From Escherichia coli (lineage in GTDB: Bacteria > Pseudomonadota > Gammaproteobacteria > Enterobacterales > Enterobacteriaceae), in NCBI RefSeq assembly GCF_045037415.1, contig NZ_CP173438.1: a stretch of DNA of 64,000 bases. One strand, given 5' to 3'. The notes beneath the pieces are model-generated. The model was not told the origin of the DNA and did not search any database. It saw only the letters and a list, made by a program, of their open reading frames with translations. Both the position numbers and the translations under genes were made by a program. Below, piece after piece: positions 53,613 to 63,256 of the stretch (the stretch's first letter is position 1; every line of letters begins with the position of its first letter).

Positions 53613-54893
53613 ATGAATATGACAACCTCTGTTCCCCAAACGCCTTCTTTATTTCGGCGAATAATGACAAAACTCGCGGCCTTTGCACCTGGCATCTTTC
53701 TTATTGGCTACAGCATCGGAACAGGCAGCATCACCACTATGGCTAAAGCAGGTGCTAACTATGGTGTCTCGCTCATGTGGGCCGTGGCGCTTTCTTGCAT
53801 TGTTACCTGGTTTTTAATCCGTATTTATGGTCGTTATGCTTCCGTCACTGGTGAACGCGCGTTGACTGCATTTCGTCGCCATATCCATCCCGGCGTTGCG
53901 ATGTTGTTTCTGATCGGGTTAACCGTTGCCGTGAGCGGTTCCATTATGGGGGTAATGGGTATTCTGGCGGATGTAATGGCAACATGGTCCACGACCTGGT
54001 TTAGTGGCGGTATCTCAGCTCTCGCCTGGGCTATCGCGATGGTCATTATGATTAACGTGATGCTCTGGACCAACAGCAACGCCGGGTTCGACAAAATCCT
54101 CTCCGCGCTGGTTGGCATTATGGGGCTGGCGTTTGTGATTAATTTTTTCATTATGATGCCGCCGGTCGCAGATCTGCTGGCCGGATTTATTCCGTCTGTT
54201 CCCGATCCTGTCGCTGGCGATAACAGTACGCCATTTCTGATAATTTCTGGCATGGTGGGTACCACCGTAGCACCAGCAATGTTTCTTATGCGCACGACCC
54301 TGGTAAAAAGTAATGGTTGGGGTGTGGACAATTTGCCTCATCAAAATCGTGATGCCATTGTCAGTGCAGGAATGATGTTCATCATCAGTGCGGCGGTGAT
54401 GGCTGCGGCTGCGGGTACGTTGTACCAAACTGGCACAGGTTTAAATAATGCCTCGCAAATGGTCATTATTCTCGAACCTATTGCTGGCTCAGCTGCCGTG
54501 GGGCTCTTTGTTATTGGTATTGTTGCAGCCGGGCTTTCCAGCCAGTTCCCAAATTTGCTGTTAACGCCCTGGCTGCTGGCTGACTGGCGTGATACCAGCA
54601 ACGAAGTTAGCCCAGGTTACCGTATCCTGATGACGGTTATGTCTCTGCTTTGTCTGGTTGTGCCGCTGTTCCACGCACGCCCGGTATTGGTGATGATTGC
54701 CAGCCAGGCCTTTAACGCCATTATTCTGCCGCTGACTGTTTTATGTATGTTCTGGCTGGCGAACAAGCCTTCGTTAATGGGCAAATATCGTTGCTCACGC
54801 TGGGAAAACGTCATGTTTATTGCCATAAGCGTATTTACGCTAATCATGGGCTATATGGCAATGAGCGGCTTAATCGAAAGTCTGATGAAATAG
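53613..54893 (+). CDS. NRAMP-fold (MntH-related) permease lacking the metal-coordinating residues
   Basis: 426 aa. Aligns by eye to E. coli MntH TM1 and TM6, but DPGN is replaced by GTGS and MPH by APA (see findings). Confidence 0.7.
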   Translation: MNMTTSVPQTPSLFRRIMTKLAAFAPGIFLIGYSIGTGSITTMAKAGANYGVSLMWAVALSCIVTWFLIRIYGRYASVTGERALTAFRRHIHPGVAMLFLIGLTVAVSGSIMGVMGILADVMATWSTTWFSGGISALAWAIAMVIMINVMLWTNSNAGFDKILSALVGIMGLAFVINFFIMMPPVADLLAGFIPSVPDPVAGDNSTPFLIISGMVGTTVAPAMFLMRTTLVKSNGWGVDNLPHQNRDAIVSAGMMFIISAAVMAAAAGTLYQTGTGLNNASQMVIILEPIAGSAAVGLFVIGIVAAGLSSQFPNLLLTPWLLADWRDTSNEVSPGYRILMTVMSLLCLVVPLFHARPVLVMIASQAFNAIILPLTVLCMFWLANKPSLMGKYRCSRWENVMFIAISVFTLIMGYMAMSGLIESLMK

Positions 54894-54903
54894 GTGGGAC
54901 GCA

Positions 54904-56940
54904 ATGATTGACGAAACGCTAACGGCGCTCACTGATATCAAAATGCCCCATTACGCACCGCTGGCTCAAGCCAGCGGTAGTATCGACCTTAACGGTACCA
55001 TTTTACCAGAGTACTGCTGCAACACGCTGGTTCTGGGCAGTGGCGCGGCAGGATGGCGAGCTGCCGTCGAGCTGAAACGGCAAAATGTCGATGTAATGGT
55101 CGCCTCCAGCAAAGCCTTCTGGGGCACTTCCGCCTGTTCTGGTTCCGATAAACAAACGCTTCACACCGCGAATACGCGTGCAAATGGTGACCATTTTCTG
55201 ACATTAAGTAACACCCTGGCGGCAGGTGGTGCGATGGATCATGACACCGCATATGTTGAGGCGGTCGGATCGGTGAACACCTGTGAAGTACTGAAATATC
55301 TGGGTCTGGATCTGCCTGAAGATCTCTTTGGCGCAACGTTGCGTTATCAAACCGATCACGATGAATTTGGCCGTGCCACTAGCTGCGGTCCTCGAACATC
55401 GCGCCTGATGGTGAAGGTGCTGGCCCAGGAGGCAATGCGCCTTAATATTCCTCTTTGCGATCACACAACGGCGATTCATATCCTGACCAGTGGTGAAGGG
55501 GAAAATCGACGAGTCGTGGGGGTGATCGCCATCGATAAAGCCTGTCGGGATAATCCCTGGCGAATGGTCGTGATTCGCTGCCAGCATCTGGTTTTAGCCA
55601 CGGGCGGACCAGGTGAACTTTATCGTGACAGTGTTTATCCGGTGAACTGTTTTAGTGCGTTGGGCATGGCACTGGAAGCAGGTATAACTCTGGTTAATCT
55701 TACGGAAAGTCAGTTTGGTATCGGTACACCGCGCAGCCAGTTTCCGTGGAATCTTTCCGGTACTTACATGCAGGCGATGCCGCGCATCTATTCGCAGGAC
55801 CACTCCGGGCGTCAGTATAATTTTCTGGCAGCTTATTACCCCACGACTCGTATGCTGGCCTCCGCAATATTTCGTAAAGGTTACCAGTGGCCGTTTCACG
55901 CGGAACGAATGCTGGAATATGGCTCCAGCCTGCTGGATGTCGCAGTTTATGAAGAGACTCAAAAAGGGCGCGATGTTTTTCTTGATTTTCTACGGGAACC
56001 AGAACCCGCAGCGGACGGAACGTCATTCAACCTGCAAGAACTGGATGATGATGTCATCGACTATCTGCAACAAAATCACGCCCTGTTGGCACAACCGCTG
56101 GCGAGATTAACACAGATGAATCCTCTGGCTATTCGTTTGTATCAGATGCACGGTCATGATCTCACAGCCTCACCGCTCAAGTTTACGCTAAATAATCAAC
56201 ATCTTAATGGCGGAATTGAAGTTGATATTTGGGGACGTACATCGCTAACTGGTTGTTATGCTGCCGGAGAAAATGCCGGAACACATGGTGTCACGCGCCC
56301 AGGTGGAGCAGCGCTCAATGCCGGGCAAGTTTTCGCCCGCCGCTGTGCATTACATATTGCTCATCAGAAAAGCCAGGACCGGCCTCTCGAGAGGCAACAA
56401 ATTCTCAGTACGATTAATGAGGCGCAACAGTACCTGAATCAGGGGCTGCTACGTGACGACGTGCGAGAAACGATACAAAATACCATGAGCCACCATGCCG
56501 CAATTTTGTGTCATACACAGGGGATCAACACTGCCGCGCAAACCCTGGCAACACTTTGTGAAGATATTCGCCGGGAAGGTATTCAATGCGATGAAAACAG
56601 CCTGGCACAATCTTTCCAGTGGCGGCAAAGTGCGCAACTGGCGCTGGCTGTACTGCGTTCTTTACAATGTTATGTCGAAAACGGTGGTGGGAGTCGTGGT
56701 GCCAGGGCTATCTATGATGGCGAAGCCGGTATTGCACCGCAAACACCAGGTGGGCCACTCCTGGCCTGGCGTTTTCGGCCAGAAAATCAGGATGCCAGGC
56801 AATATATGATTTGTGTTTGTCGGGAAGCTAATGATTACCAAACCTGGACTCGCCCGTGCCGTGAACGGGGCGTATTAACGCTAACCAACTTTGAGCGCCA
56901 GTGGCAAAACTGGATTGCGGCGACGCCGTTTCAATACTGA
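54904..56940 (+). CDS. Stand-alone FAD-dependent oxidoreductase of the fumarate reductase/succinate dehydrogenase/L-aspartate oxidase flavoprotein family
   Basis: 678 aa. Dinucleotide fold LVLGSGAAGWRAA, FAD-closing motif AAGENAGTHGVTRPGGAALNAGQVF, helical C-terminal domain. No signal peptide and no adjacent Fe-S subunit. Confidence 0.75.
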   Translation: MIDETLTALTDIKMPHYAPLAQASGSIDLNGTILPEYCCNTLVLGSGAAGWRAAVELKRQNVDVMVASSKAFWGTSACSGSDKQTLHTANTRANGDHFLTLSNTLAAGGAMDHDTAYVEAVGSVNTCEVLKYLGLDLPEDLFGATLRYQTDHDEFGRATSCGPRTSRLMVKVLAQEAMRLNIPLCDHTTAIHILTSGEGENRRVVGVIAIDKACRDNPWRMVVIRCQHLVLATGGPGELYRDSVYPVNCFSALGMALEAGITLVNLTESQFGIGTPRSQFPWNLSGTYMQAMPRIYSQDHSGRQYNFLAAYYPTTRMLASAIFRKGYQWPFHAERMLEYGSSLLDVAVYEETQKGRDVFLDFLREPEPAADGTSFNLQELDDDVIDYLQQNHALLAQPLARLTQMNPLAIRLYQMHGHDLTASPLKFTLNNQHLNGGIEVDIWGRTSLTGCYAAGENAGTHGVTRPGGAALNAGQVFARRCALHIAHQKSQDRPLERQQILSTINEAQQYLNQGLLRDDVRETIQNTMSHHAAILCHTQGINTAAQTLATLCEDIRREGIQCDENSLAQSFQWRQSAQLALAVLRSLQCYVENGGGSRGARAIYDGEAGIAPQTPGGPLLAWRFRPENQDARQYMICVCREANDYQTWTRPCRERGVLTLTNFERQWQNWIAATPFQY

Positions 56941-57045
56941 TCAGAGATATTCCGGGTTGTGACCGCAGCCCGGAAAAAATCCCCGCGCGGCCTGGCGACT
57001 ACTGTTAGGCTTAAAACAGATATGTCGCTCAGTAAAGGAGTTTAA

Positions 57046-58029
57046 ATGGCAACGCGCATCGAATTTCACAAGCACGGTGGCCCGGAAGTACTTCAGGCCG
57101 TGGAGTTCACTCCTGCCGATCCGGCGGAGAATGAAATCCAGGTCAAAAATAAAGCCATCGGCATCAATTTTATCGACACGTATATCCGCAGCGGCCTTTA
57201 CCCGCCACCATCGCTACCCAGCGGATTAGGCACCGAAGCGGCAGGCATCGTGAGTAAAGTCGGCAGTGGTGTAAAGCATATTAAGGCAGGCGATCGCGTA
57301 GTCTATGCACAATCGGCATTAGGCGCTTACAGCTCTATGCATAACATTAATGCGGATAAAGCGGCGATTCTGCCTGCGGCAATTTCTTTTGAGCAAGCTG
57401 CGGCATCCTTCCTGAAAGGCTTAACGGTTTATTATCTGCTGCGCAAAACCTATGAAATTAAACCCGATGAACAGTTCCTGTTCCACGCAGCGGCTGGCGG
57501 CGTTGGCTTGATTGCCTGCCAGTGGGCAAAAGCCCTGGGCGCGAAACTTATCGGCACCGTGGGAACCGCGCAAAAAGCGCAGAGTGCGCTAAAAGCGGGC
57601 GCATGGCAGGTTATTAACTATCGTGAAGAGAATCTGGTCGAGCGGTTAAAAGAGATCACCGGTGGCAAGAAAGTGCGCGTGGTGTACGATTCAGTGGGCA
57701 GAGACACCTGGGAACGGTCGCTGGATTGCCTGCAACGCCGCGGCTTAATGGTGAGTTTTGGCAACTCATCAGGTGCGGTTACCGGTGTGAACTTAGGCAT
57801 TCTCAATCAGAAAGGCTCGTTGTATGTGACACGCCCTTCCCTGCAAGGCTATATCACCACGCGGGAGGAATTAACCGAGGCCAGTAATGAACTGTTCTCT
57901 TTGATTGCCAGCGGTGTGATTAAGGTCGATGTCGCCGAGCAGCAGAAATATCCGCTGAAGGATGCGCGGCGTGCGCATGAGATTCTGGAAAGCCGGGCGA
58001 CGCAGGGTTCCAGCCTGTTGATTCCATAA
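57046..58029 (+). CDS. qorA: NADPH:quinone oxidoreductase (zeta-crystallin family)
   Basis: 327-aa ORF (MATRIEFHKHGGPEVLQ...) with the nucleotide motif AAAGGVG. Confidence 0.93.
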   Translation: MATRIEFHKHGGPEVLQAVEFTPADPAENEIQVKNKAIGINFIDTYIRSGLYPPPSLPSGLGTEAAGIVSKVGSGVKHIKAGDRVVYAQSALGAYSSMHNINADKAAILPAAISFEQAAASFLKGLTVYYLLRKTYEIKPDEQFLFHAAAGGVGLIACQWAKALGAKLIGTVGTAQKAQSALKAGAWQVINYREENLVERLKEITGGKKVRVVYDSVGRDTWERSLDCLQRRGLMVSFGNSSGAVTGVNLGILNQKGSLYVTRPSLQGYITTREELTEASNELFSLIASGVIKVDVAEQQKYPLKDARRAHEILESRATQGSSLLIP

Positions 58030-58037
58030 AAGAAATT

Positions 58038-58066
58038 GGGCTTCCACCTGGGAAGCCCTTTCTTTT
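58038..58066 (+). terminator. Intrinsic terminator of qorA
   Basis: gggcttcc-acctg-ggaagccc followed by tttctttt. Confidence 0.85.
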
Positions 58067-58193
58067 ATAGTTCGGCTGTATGTAGGGTACAGCTCGATGA
58101 ATTTGTTTGACACGCAATAGTGACAGATTTGATTATCAATTCCTATTTTGTTCTAAGGATAAAACCTTAGGTTGTGATCATCCGCACAATCCC

Positions 58194-58436
58194 TTAGTAA
58201 CGCCAGCGGTCATAATGCTGATATTTCGGCACTTTTGGTGCTTTAATCGCCCTGATCACCCACACCACCGCAACCGCCAACAGCAGCCACGGCAGCAACT
58301 TAATCATCAATGCCAGCATACCGCCGAGGAACATAAAGGCCGTCGCCACAATCAGCGCGGCGATAATACCCAGCAACGAAACACCAGTGACCATCAGCAT
58401 GACAAAAAAGCCAATTACAAAAAGTAGTTCCAGCAT
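58194..58436 (-). CDS. pspG: Phage-shock protein G
   Basis: 80 aa from ATG 58436 (MLELLFVIGFFVMLMVTGVSLLG...). The longer track ORF runs through its promoter. Confidence 0.9.
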   Translation of the reverse strand: MLELLFVIGFFVMLMVTGVSLLGIIAALIVATAFMFLGGMLALMIKLLPWLLLAVAVVWVIRAIKAPKVPKYQHYDRWRY

Positions 58437-58471
58437 GATGCTCTCCCAAATATGAAATCTCTTGCTGGCAT

Positions 58472-58487
58472 TACAAGAATCATGCCA
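58472..58487 (-). promoter_or_regulatory. Sigma54 promoter of pspG
   Basis: The minus strand reads TGGCAT-GATTC-TTGTA, 35 nt upstream of the pspG ATG. pspG is a known PspF/sigma54 target. Confidence 0.7.
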
Positions 58488-58569
58488 AAAATAATCTATT
58501 GATTTAACAGCAAAACGCCCCGCGACGGTGCGCAGGGCGTGGTGAATTTGACTACTTTTTGGTGAAAAG

Positions 58570-59565
58570 TTAACGCTTATCCGCCACCAGTTTGAGCGCG
58601 TGTTCCAGCACATTAATGTCTGCACCCGCTTTATGGGCATTTTCACTTAAATAACGTCGCCACTGCCGCGCGCCAGGAATACCCTGGAACAAGCCCAGCA
58701 TATGCCGGGTAATATGGCCGAGATACGTCCCCTGGCTGAGTTCACGCTCAATGTACGGATACATGGCGCGCACTACCGCCACCGGATCGGCATCGGTATC
58801 CGAGGAACCAAAAATCTCTCGGTCTACCGCCGCCAGAATCCCCGGATTCTGATACGCCTCGCGCCCGACCATCACGCCATCCATATGTTGCAAATGCGCT
58901 TTAGCTTCTTCCAGCGACTTGATACCACCGTTAATCGACATCGTCAGATGCGGAAAGTCACGCTTCAGTTGATACACACGCGGATAATCGAGCGGCGGGA
59001 TCTCACGGTTTTCTTTCGGACTTAACCCAGAAAGCCAGGCTTTACGTGCGTGGATGATGAACATCTCACACTCACCTTTGCCGGAAACGGTGTTGATGAA
59101 ATCGCAGAGAAATTCATAGCTGTCCTGATCATCGATGCCAATACGCGTTTTCACCGTCACCGGAATCGACACCACATCGCGCATCGCTTTCACGCAGTCG
59201 GCAACCAGCTGCGCATTACCCATCAGACACGCACCAAACATGCCGTTCTGCACCCGGTCAGACGGGCAGCCGACATTCAGGTTGATCTCATCATATCCGC
59301 GCGCTTCTGCCAGCTTCGCACACTGTGCCAGCGCCGCCGGATCGCTACCCCCGAGTTGCAACGCTACCGGATGTTCTTCTTCACTGTACGCCAGGTAATC
59401 ACCTTTACCGTGAATAATCGCCCCTGTGGTCACCATTTCGGTATACAGCAACGTATTGCGGGAAAGCAGACGCAGGAAATAACGGCAATGTCTGTCCGTC
59501 CAGTCAAGCATCGGGGCAATCGAGAAACGGTAAGCGGGATAAACAGTGTGTGATTCTGCTGGCAT
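58570..59565 (-). CDS. dusA: tRNA-dihydrouridine(20/20a) synthase
   Basis: 331-aa ORF (..[17 protein letters not shown]..) of the Dus family TIM-barrel type. Confidence 0.9.
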   Translation of the reverse strand: MPAESHTVYPAYRFSIAPMLDWTDRHCRYFLRLLSRNTLLYTEMVTTGAIIHGKGDYLAYSEEEHPVALQLGGSDPAALAQCAKLAEARGYDEINLNVGCPSDRVQNGMFGACLMGNAQLVADCVKAMRDVVSIPVTVKTRIGIDDQDSYEFLCDFINTVSGKGECEMFIIHARKAWLSGLSPKENREIPPLDYPRVYQLKRDFPHLTMSINGGIKSLEEAKAHLQHMDGVMVGREAYQNPGILAAVDREIFGSSDTDADPVAVVRAMYPYIERELSQGTYLGHITRHMLGLFQGIPGARQWRRYLSENAHKAGADINVLEHALKLVADKR

Positions 59566-59720
59566 GGCGACTTTTTAAGCATCTGGTAAATTGGGGGCGC
59601 TACTATAGCATAACGAATATGCGATCAGGCAATGTGACAGCCATGACACCCTGTTCTCGGCGTTTAAGTGAGAACTATGGTAAAGTAAGGACATTCTTAA
59701 CCCCACTGTCGAGGTGCCCA

Positions 59721-60236
59721 ATGGAAAAGACCACAACGCAGGAGTTATTAGCGCAGGCTGAAAAAATCTGCGCACAGCGTAATGTGCGCCTGACCCCACA
59801 GCGTCTCGAAGTGTTGCGCCTGATGAGTCTGCAGGATGGCGCTATCAGCGCTTATGATCTGCTTGATTTGCTGCGCGAAGCTGAACCGCAAGCCAAGCCG
59901 CCAACGGTTTATCGCGCGCTGGAGTTTCTGCTTGAACAAGGTTTTGTGCATAAGGTGGAATCCACCAACAGTTATGTGCTCTGTCATCTGTTCGATCAGC
60001 CCACCCATACTTCAGCCATGTTTATTTGCGATCGCTGCGGCGCGGTGAAAGAAGAATGTGCTGAAGGCGTGGAAGACATCATGCATACGCTGGCGGCAAA
60101 AATGGGTTTTGCCCTGCGGCATAATGTTATTGAAGCACATGGATTATGTTCAGCATGTGTAGAAGTAGAAGCGTGTCGTCATCCTGAACAGTGCCATCAT
60201 GACCACTCTATTCAGGTGAAAAAGAAACCTCGCTAA
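59721..60236 (+). CDS. zur: Zinc uptake regulator (Fur family)
   Basis: 171 aa from ATG 59721 (MEKTTTQELLAQAEKICAQRNVRLTPQRLEV). Cys pairs CDRCG and CSAC. Confidence 0.93.
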   Translation: MEKTTTQELLAQAEKICAQRNVRLTPQRLEVLRLMSLQDGAISAYDLLDLLREAEPQAKPPTVYRALEFLLEQGFVHKVESTNSYVLCHLFDQPTHTSAMFICDRCGAVKEECAEGVEDIMHTLAAKMGFALRHNVIEAHGLCSACVEVEACRHPEQCHHDHSIQVKKKPR

Positions 60237-60277
60237 AAGGGTGTACATCCTTGTACATGTCGGGCAGGAGGGATTAA

Positions 60278-60487
60278 TTACCAGCGGTAATCATGGCGTT
60301 TTTCCCAACTATCAACCTCTTTTTCTGCCTGATCTTTCTGATAACCGTAGCGTTCCTGGATTTTACCCACTAACTGATCACGTTTTCCTTCAATGATCGT
60401 CATATCATCATCGGTCAGTTTGCCCCATTGCTCTTTCACTTTACCTTTAAACTGTTTCCAGTTACCGCCGGCTTCATCTTTATTCAT
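60278..60487 (-). CDS. yjbJ: CsbD-like stress protein YjbJ
   Basis: 69 aa from ATG 60487 (MNKDEAGGNWKQFKGKVKEQWGKLTDDD). Confidence 0.9.
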   Translation of the reverse strand: MNKDEAGGNWKQFKGKVKEQWGKLTDDDMTIIEGKRDQLVGKIQERYGYQKDQAEKEVDSWEKRHDYRW

Positions 60488-60602
60488 AATCAAGACCTCA
60501 TCGTTAGGTTGTGAATGAGAGTACGTTCACTTTTCTTCTGAACGTGAGATTAAGTGTAGTCAGCAATTTGGCTTAGGATTATTTATTCAGAATTTTTAAC
60601 CG

Positions 60603-61982
60603 TCACGTTGCGACAAACCAGGTATCGTTACGCCAGTGACGCCGCCAGATAGCCGCCAGAGAAAGCCCGCGTAACGCCAGAAAGACGGTTAACGCCAGCC
60701 ACAAACCATGATTCCCCAGCCACGGCAGCGTAAGGAGCGTCAGTGCAAAACCTGCGGCGGCCACCGCCATACTGTTACGCATTTCGGCGGCACGCGTTGC
60801 GCCTATAAACATGCCGTCCAGCAGATAACACCAGACGCCGACCAACGGCAAAATCACCTGCCAGATAAGATAGCGGTCAGCCAGCTGCTGAATCTGGGTT
60901 AACGACGTCAGCAACGCAATGATGTGTTCCCCTGCCAGCAAATAAACCACCGAAAACAGTAACGCTACGATCCCCGACTGGCGGCACGCTGCCCGCCAGA
61001 CATCCAGCAATTGACTACCGTCGCGCGCACCGTATGCCTGACCGGAATGTGCTTCAACCGCGTAGGCAAAACCATCCAGCGCATAGGCGGTAAAGGTGAG
61101 TAGCGTCATCAGAACCGCGTTAACAGCGATAATGTCACTCCCCAGTCGCGCGCCAAGTACAGTGATCGCGCCGAAACAGAGTTGCAGCAACAGCGAGCGC
61201 AGCATGATATCGCGGTTAAGCGCCAGCAAGTGACGGAAGTTTCCTCGCCAGGCTGTTTTCAGCATTTCGCCGGAGATTCCGCGTAGTTTGAGAATTTTAC
61301 GCACCATTAGCAGACCAATCAGCAATGTTGCATATTCCGCAATAACCGTCGCCAGAGCCGCGCCCTGCACGTTCATATGCAGCCCCATCACCAGCCAGAC
61401 ATCCAGCACAATGTTGAGGATATTGCCGACCACTAACAAAATTACTGGCGCACGGGCATATTGCACGCCGAGTAACCAGCCAAGTAATACCAGATTCGCC
61501 AGCGACGCCGGTGCGCTTAACCAGCGGATTTCAAGAAAGCGTCGCGCCTGTTCCAGGACTGCTTCACTACCACCAACAATATGCAGCGCCAGATCGATAA
61601 TCGGCGTACGCAGCAGCGCAATTAACGCCCCGGCCCCCAACGCCAACAGCAACGGTTGCACCAGCGCACGGGCTAATGCCTGAGGATTTTTGGCACCATA
61701 AGCCTGTGCAGTCAGCCCGGTGGTGCTCATGCGTAAAAACAGCAACAACATAAAGAGAAAGCTGGTCGCCGTTGCACCAACCGCCACGCCGCCTAAATAA
61801 ACCGGACTATCAAGATGACCAATTACCGCCGTATCGACCAGTCCCAGCAACGGAACGGTGATATTGGAGAAAATCATGGGTAAGGCGAGATGCCAGAGTG
61901 CTTTATCAGATGAAGTGAGGAATGCCATGCAGACAAGCCTGATGAAGAGAGATGAAAAACAAACCGCGACGCCAGGCGGCAT
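60603..61982 (-). CDS. dinF: MATE-family efflux protein DinF (SOS regulon)
   Basis: 459-aa polytopic ORF, 17 nt downstream of lexA. An internal ATG at 61928 (MAFLTSSDK) is an alternative start. Confidence 0.9.
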   Translation of the reverse strand: MPPGVAVCFSSLFIRLVCMAFLTSSDKALWHLALPMIFSNITVPLLGLVDTAVIGHLDSPVYLGGVAVGATATSFLFMLLLFLRMSTTGLTAQAYGAKNPQALARALVQPLLLALGAGALIALLRTPIIDLALHIVGGSEAVLEQARRFLEIRWLSAPASLANLVLLGWLLGVQYARAPVILLVVGNILNIVLDVWLVMGLHMNVQGAALATVIAEYATLLIGLLMVRKILKLRGISGEMLKTAWRGNFRHLLALNRDIMLRSLLLQLCFGAITVLGARLGSDIIAVNAVLMTLLTFTAYALDGFAYAVEAHSGQAYGARDGSQLLDVWRAACRQSGIVALLFSVVYLLAGEHIIALLTSLTQIQQLADRYLIWQVILPLVGVWCYLLDGMFIGATRAAEMRNSMAVAAAGFALTLLTLPWLGNHGLWLALTVFLALRGLSLAAIWRRHWRNDTWFVAT

Positions 61983-61999
61983 CGCGGTTCAGAGATATG

Positions 62000-62608
62000 T
62001 TACAGCCAGTCGCCGTTGCGAATAACCCCAACCGCCAGCCCCTCAATGGTGAAGCTCTGCTGACGAAGGTCAACGACAATTGGTTTAAACTCGCTGTTTT
62101 CTGGCAACAGTTCGACTTTATTGCCCTGTTTTTTCAGGCGTTTAACGGTAACTTCGTCATCAATACGTGCGACAACGACCTGACCGTTACGTACATCCTG
62201 AGTTTTATGCACTGCCAGCAAATCGCCATCCATAATGCCGATATCTTTCATCGACATCCCGCTGACACGCAGCAGGAAATCAGCATTCGGCTTGAACAAG
62301 GAAGGATCGACCTGATAATGACCTTCAATATGCTGTTGCGCCAGAAGCGGTTCACCGGCAGCCACACGACCTACCAGCGGCAACCCTTCTTCCTCTTCCT
62401 GCAATAAACGAATCCCGCGTGATGCGCCGGAAACAATTTCAATAACGCCTTTGCGTGCCAGCGCCTTCAGATGTTCTTCAGCCGCGTTTGGGGAACGGAA
62501 CCCCAAACGCTGCGCGATTTCCGCACGCGTCGGCGGCATACCTGTCTGGCTGATGTGATCACGGATGAGATCAAACACCTCTTGTTGCCTGGCCGTTAAC
62601 GCTTTCAT
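62000..62608 (-). CDS. lexA: LexA repressor
   Basis: 202-aa ORF ([37 protein letters not shown]...) with an S24 peptidase domain. Confidence 0.97.
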   Translation of the reverse strand: MKALTARQQEVFDLIRDHISQTGMPPTRAEIAQRLGFRSPNAAEEHLKALARKGVIEIVSGASRGIRLLQEEEEGLPLVGRVAAGEPLLAQQHIEGHYQVDPSLFKPNADFLLRVSGMSMKDIGIMDGDLLAVHKTQDVRNGQVVVARIDDEVTVKRLKKQGNKVELLPENSEFKPIVVDLRQQSFTIEGLAVGVIRNGDWL

Positions 62609-62616
62609 TCCGCCCC

Positions 62617-62632
62617 CTGGGTGTATATACAG
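62617..62632. promoter_or_regulatory. LexA box (proximal) of the lexA promoter
   Basis: CTGggtgtatataCAG, matching CTG-N10-CAG. Confidence 0.85.
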
Positions 62633-62637
62633 TTATG

Positions 62638-62653
62638 CTGTGAGTATATACAG
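62638..62653. promoter_or_regulatory. LexA box (distal) of the lexA promoter
   Basis: CTGtgagtatataCAG, matching CTG-N10-CAG. Confidence 0.85.
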
Positions 62654-62717
62654 CAAAAGGCGATTTTGGAACCATAAACTGCACAATAAACCAGAGATTT
62701 ATCGAAATCTGGAAGGG

Positions 62718-63086
62718 TTATCCAAAATGCGACCATAACAGGATGCACCAGGTAATCACGGCGACGATAATGGCAATCAGCACTGCGGCAGATCCCATAT
62801 CTTTAGCGCGTCCGGAAAGCTCATGGTATTCAGAGCCAATTCGGTCAACCACAGCTTCGATGGCGCTATTGAGAATTTCCACAATCATCACCAGCATCAC
62901 GGAGCTGATAAGCAGCACGCGGGTAATCGCGTCCACATCCAGCCAGCAGGCGATAACCACCGCTAACAATACCGCTACGCCTTCCTGACGGAATGCCGCT
63001 TCGTTGATCCATGCAGCGCGTAAACCTTTCCAGGAATAGCCAGCAGCTTTAATAATTCGGATGAATCCAGTGGTATTATTGGCCAT
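62718..63086 (-). CDS. dgkA: Diacylglycerol kinase
   Basis: 122-aa ORF (MANNTTGFIRIIKAAGYSWKGLRAAW...). Confidence 0.95.
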   Translation of the reverse strand: MANNTTGFIRIIKAAGYSWKGLRAAWINEAAFRQEGVAVLLAVVIACWLDVDAITRVLLISSVMLVMIVEILNSAIEAVVDRIGSEYHELSGRAKDMGSAAVLIAIIVAVITWCILLWSHFG

Positions 63087-63256
63087 TGAAAGAACCTTTT
63101 TACATTATGAGCGTCAATATCAGTGTACCGTTAAATCCGATGATTCGGGTTTGCGTAACGCCGCGCGAAACATGAGCGGATACCACAGAATTTCCCATGA
63201 CTTTCTGCTATCCTTGCCGCGCATTTGCATTATTAACCAGAGGCTTTACATCGTTT

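Noticed and set aside
56947-56975. The hairpin ttccggg-N12-cccggaa after the flavoprotein gene, considered as its terminator.
   Set aside because: On the plus strand an A-run rather than a T-run follows the stem, and the T-run precedes the stem on the other strand. I did not annotate it as an intrinsic terminator.
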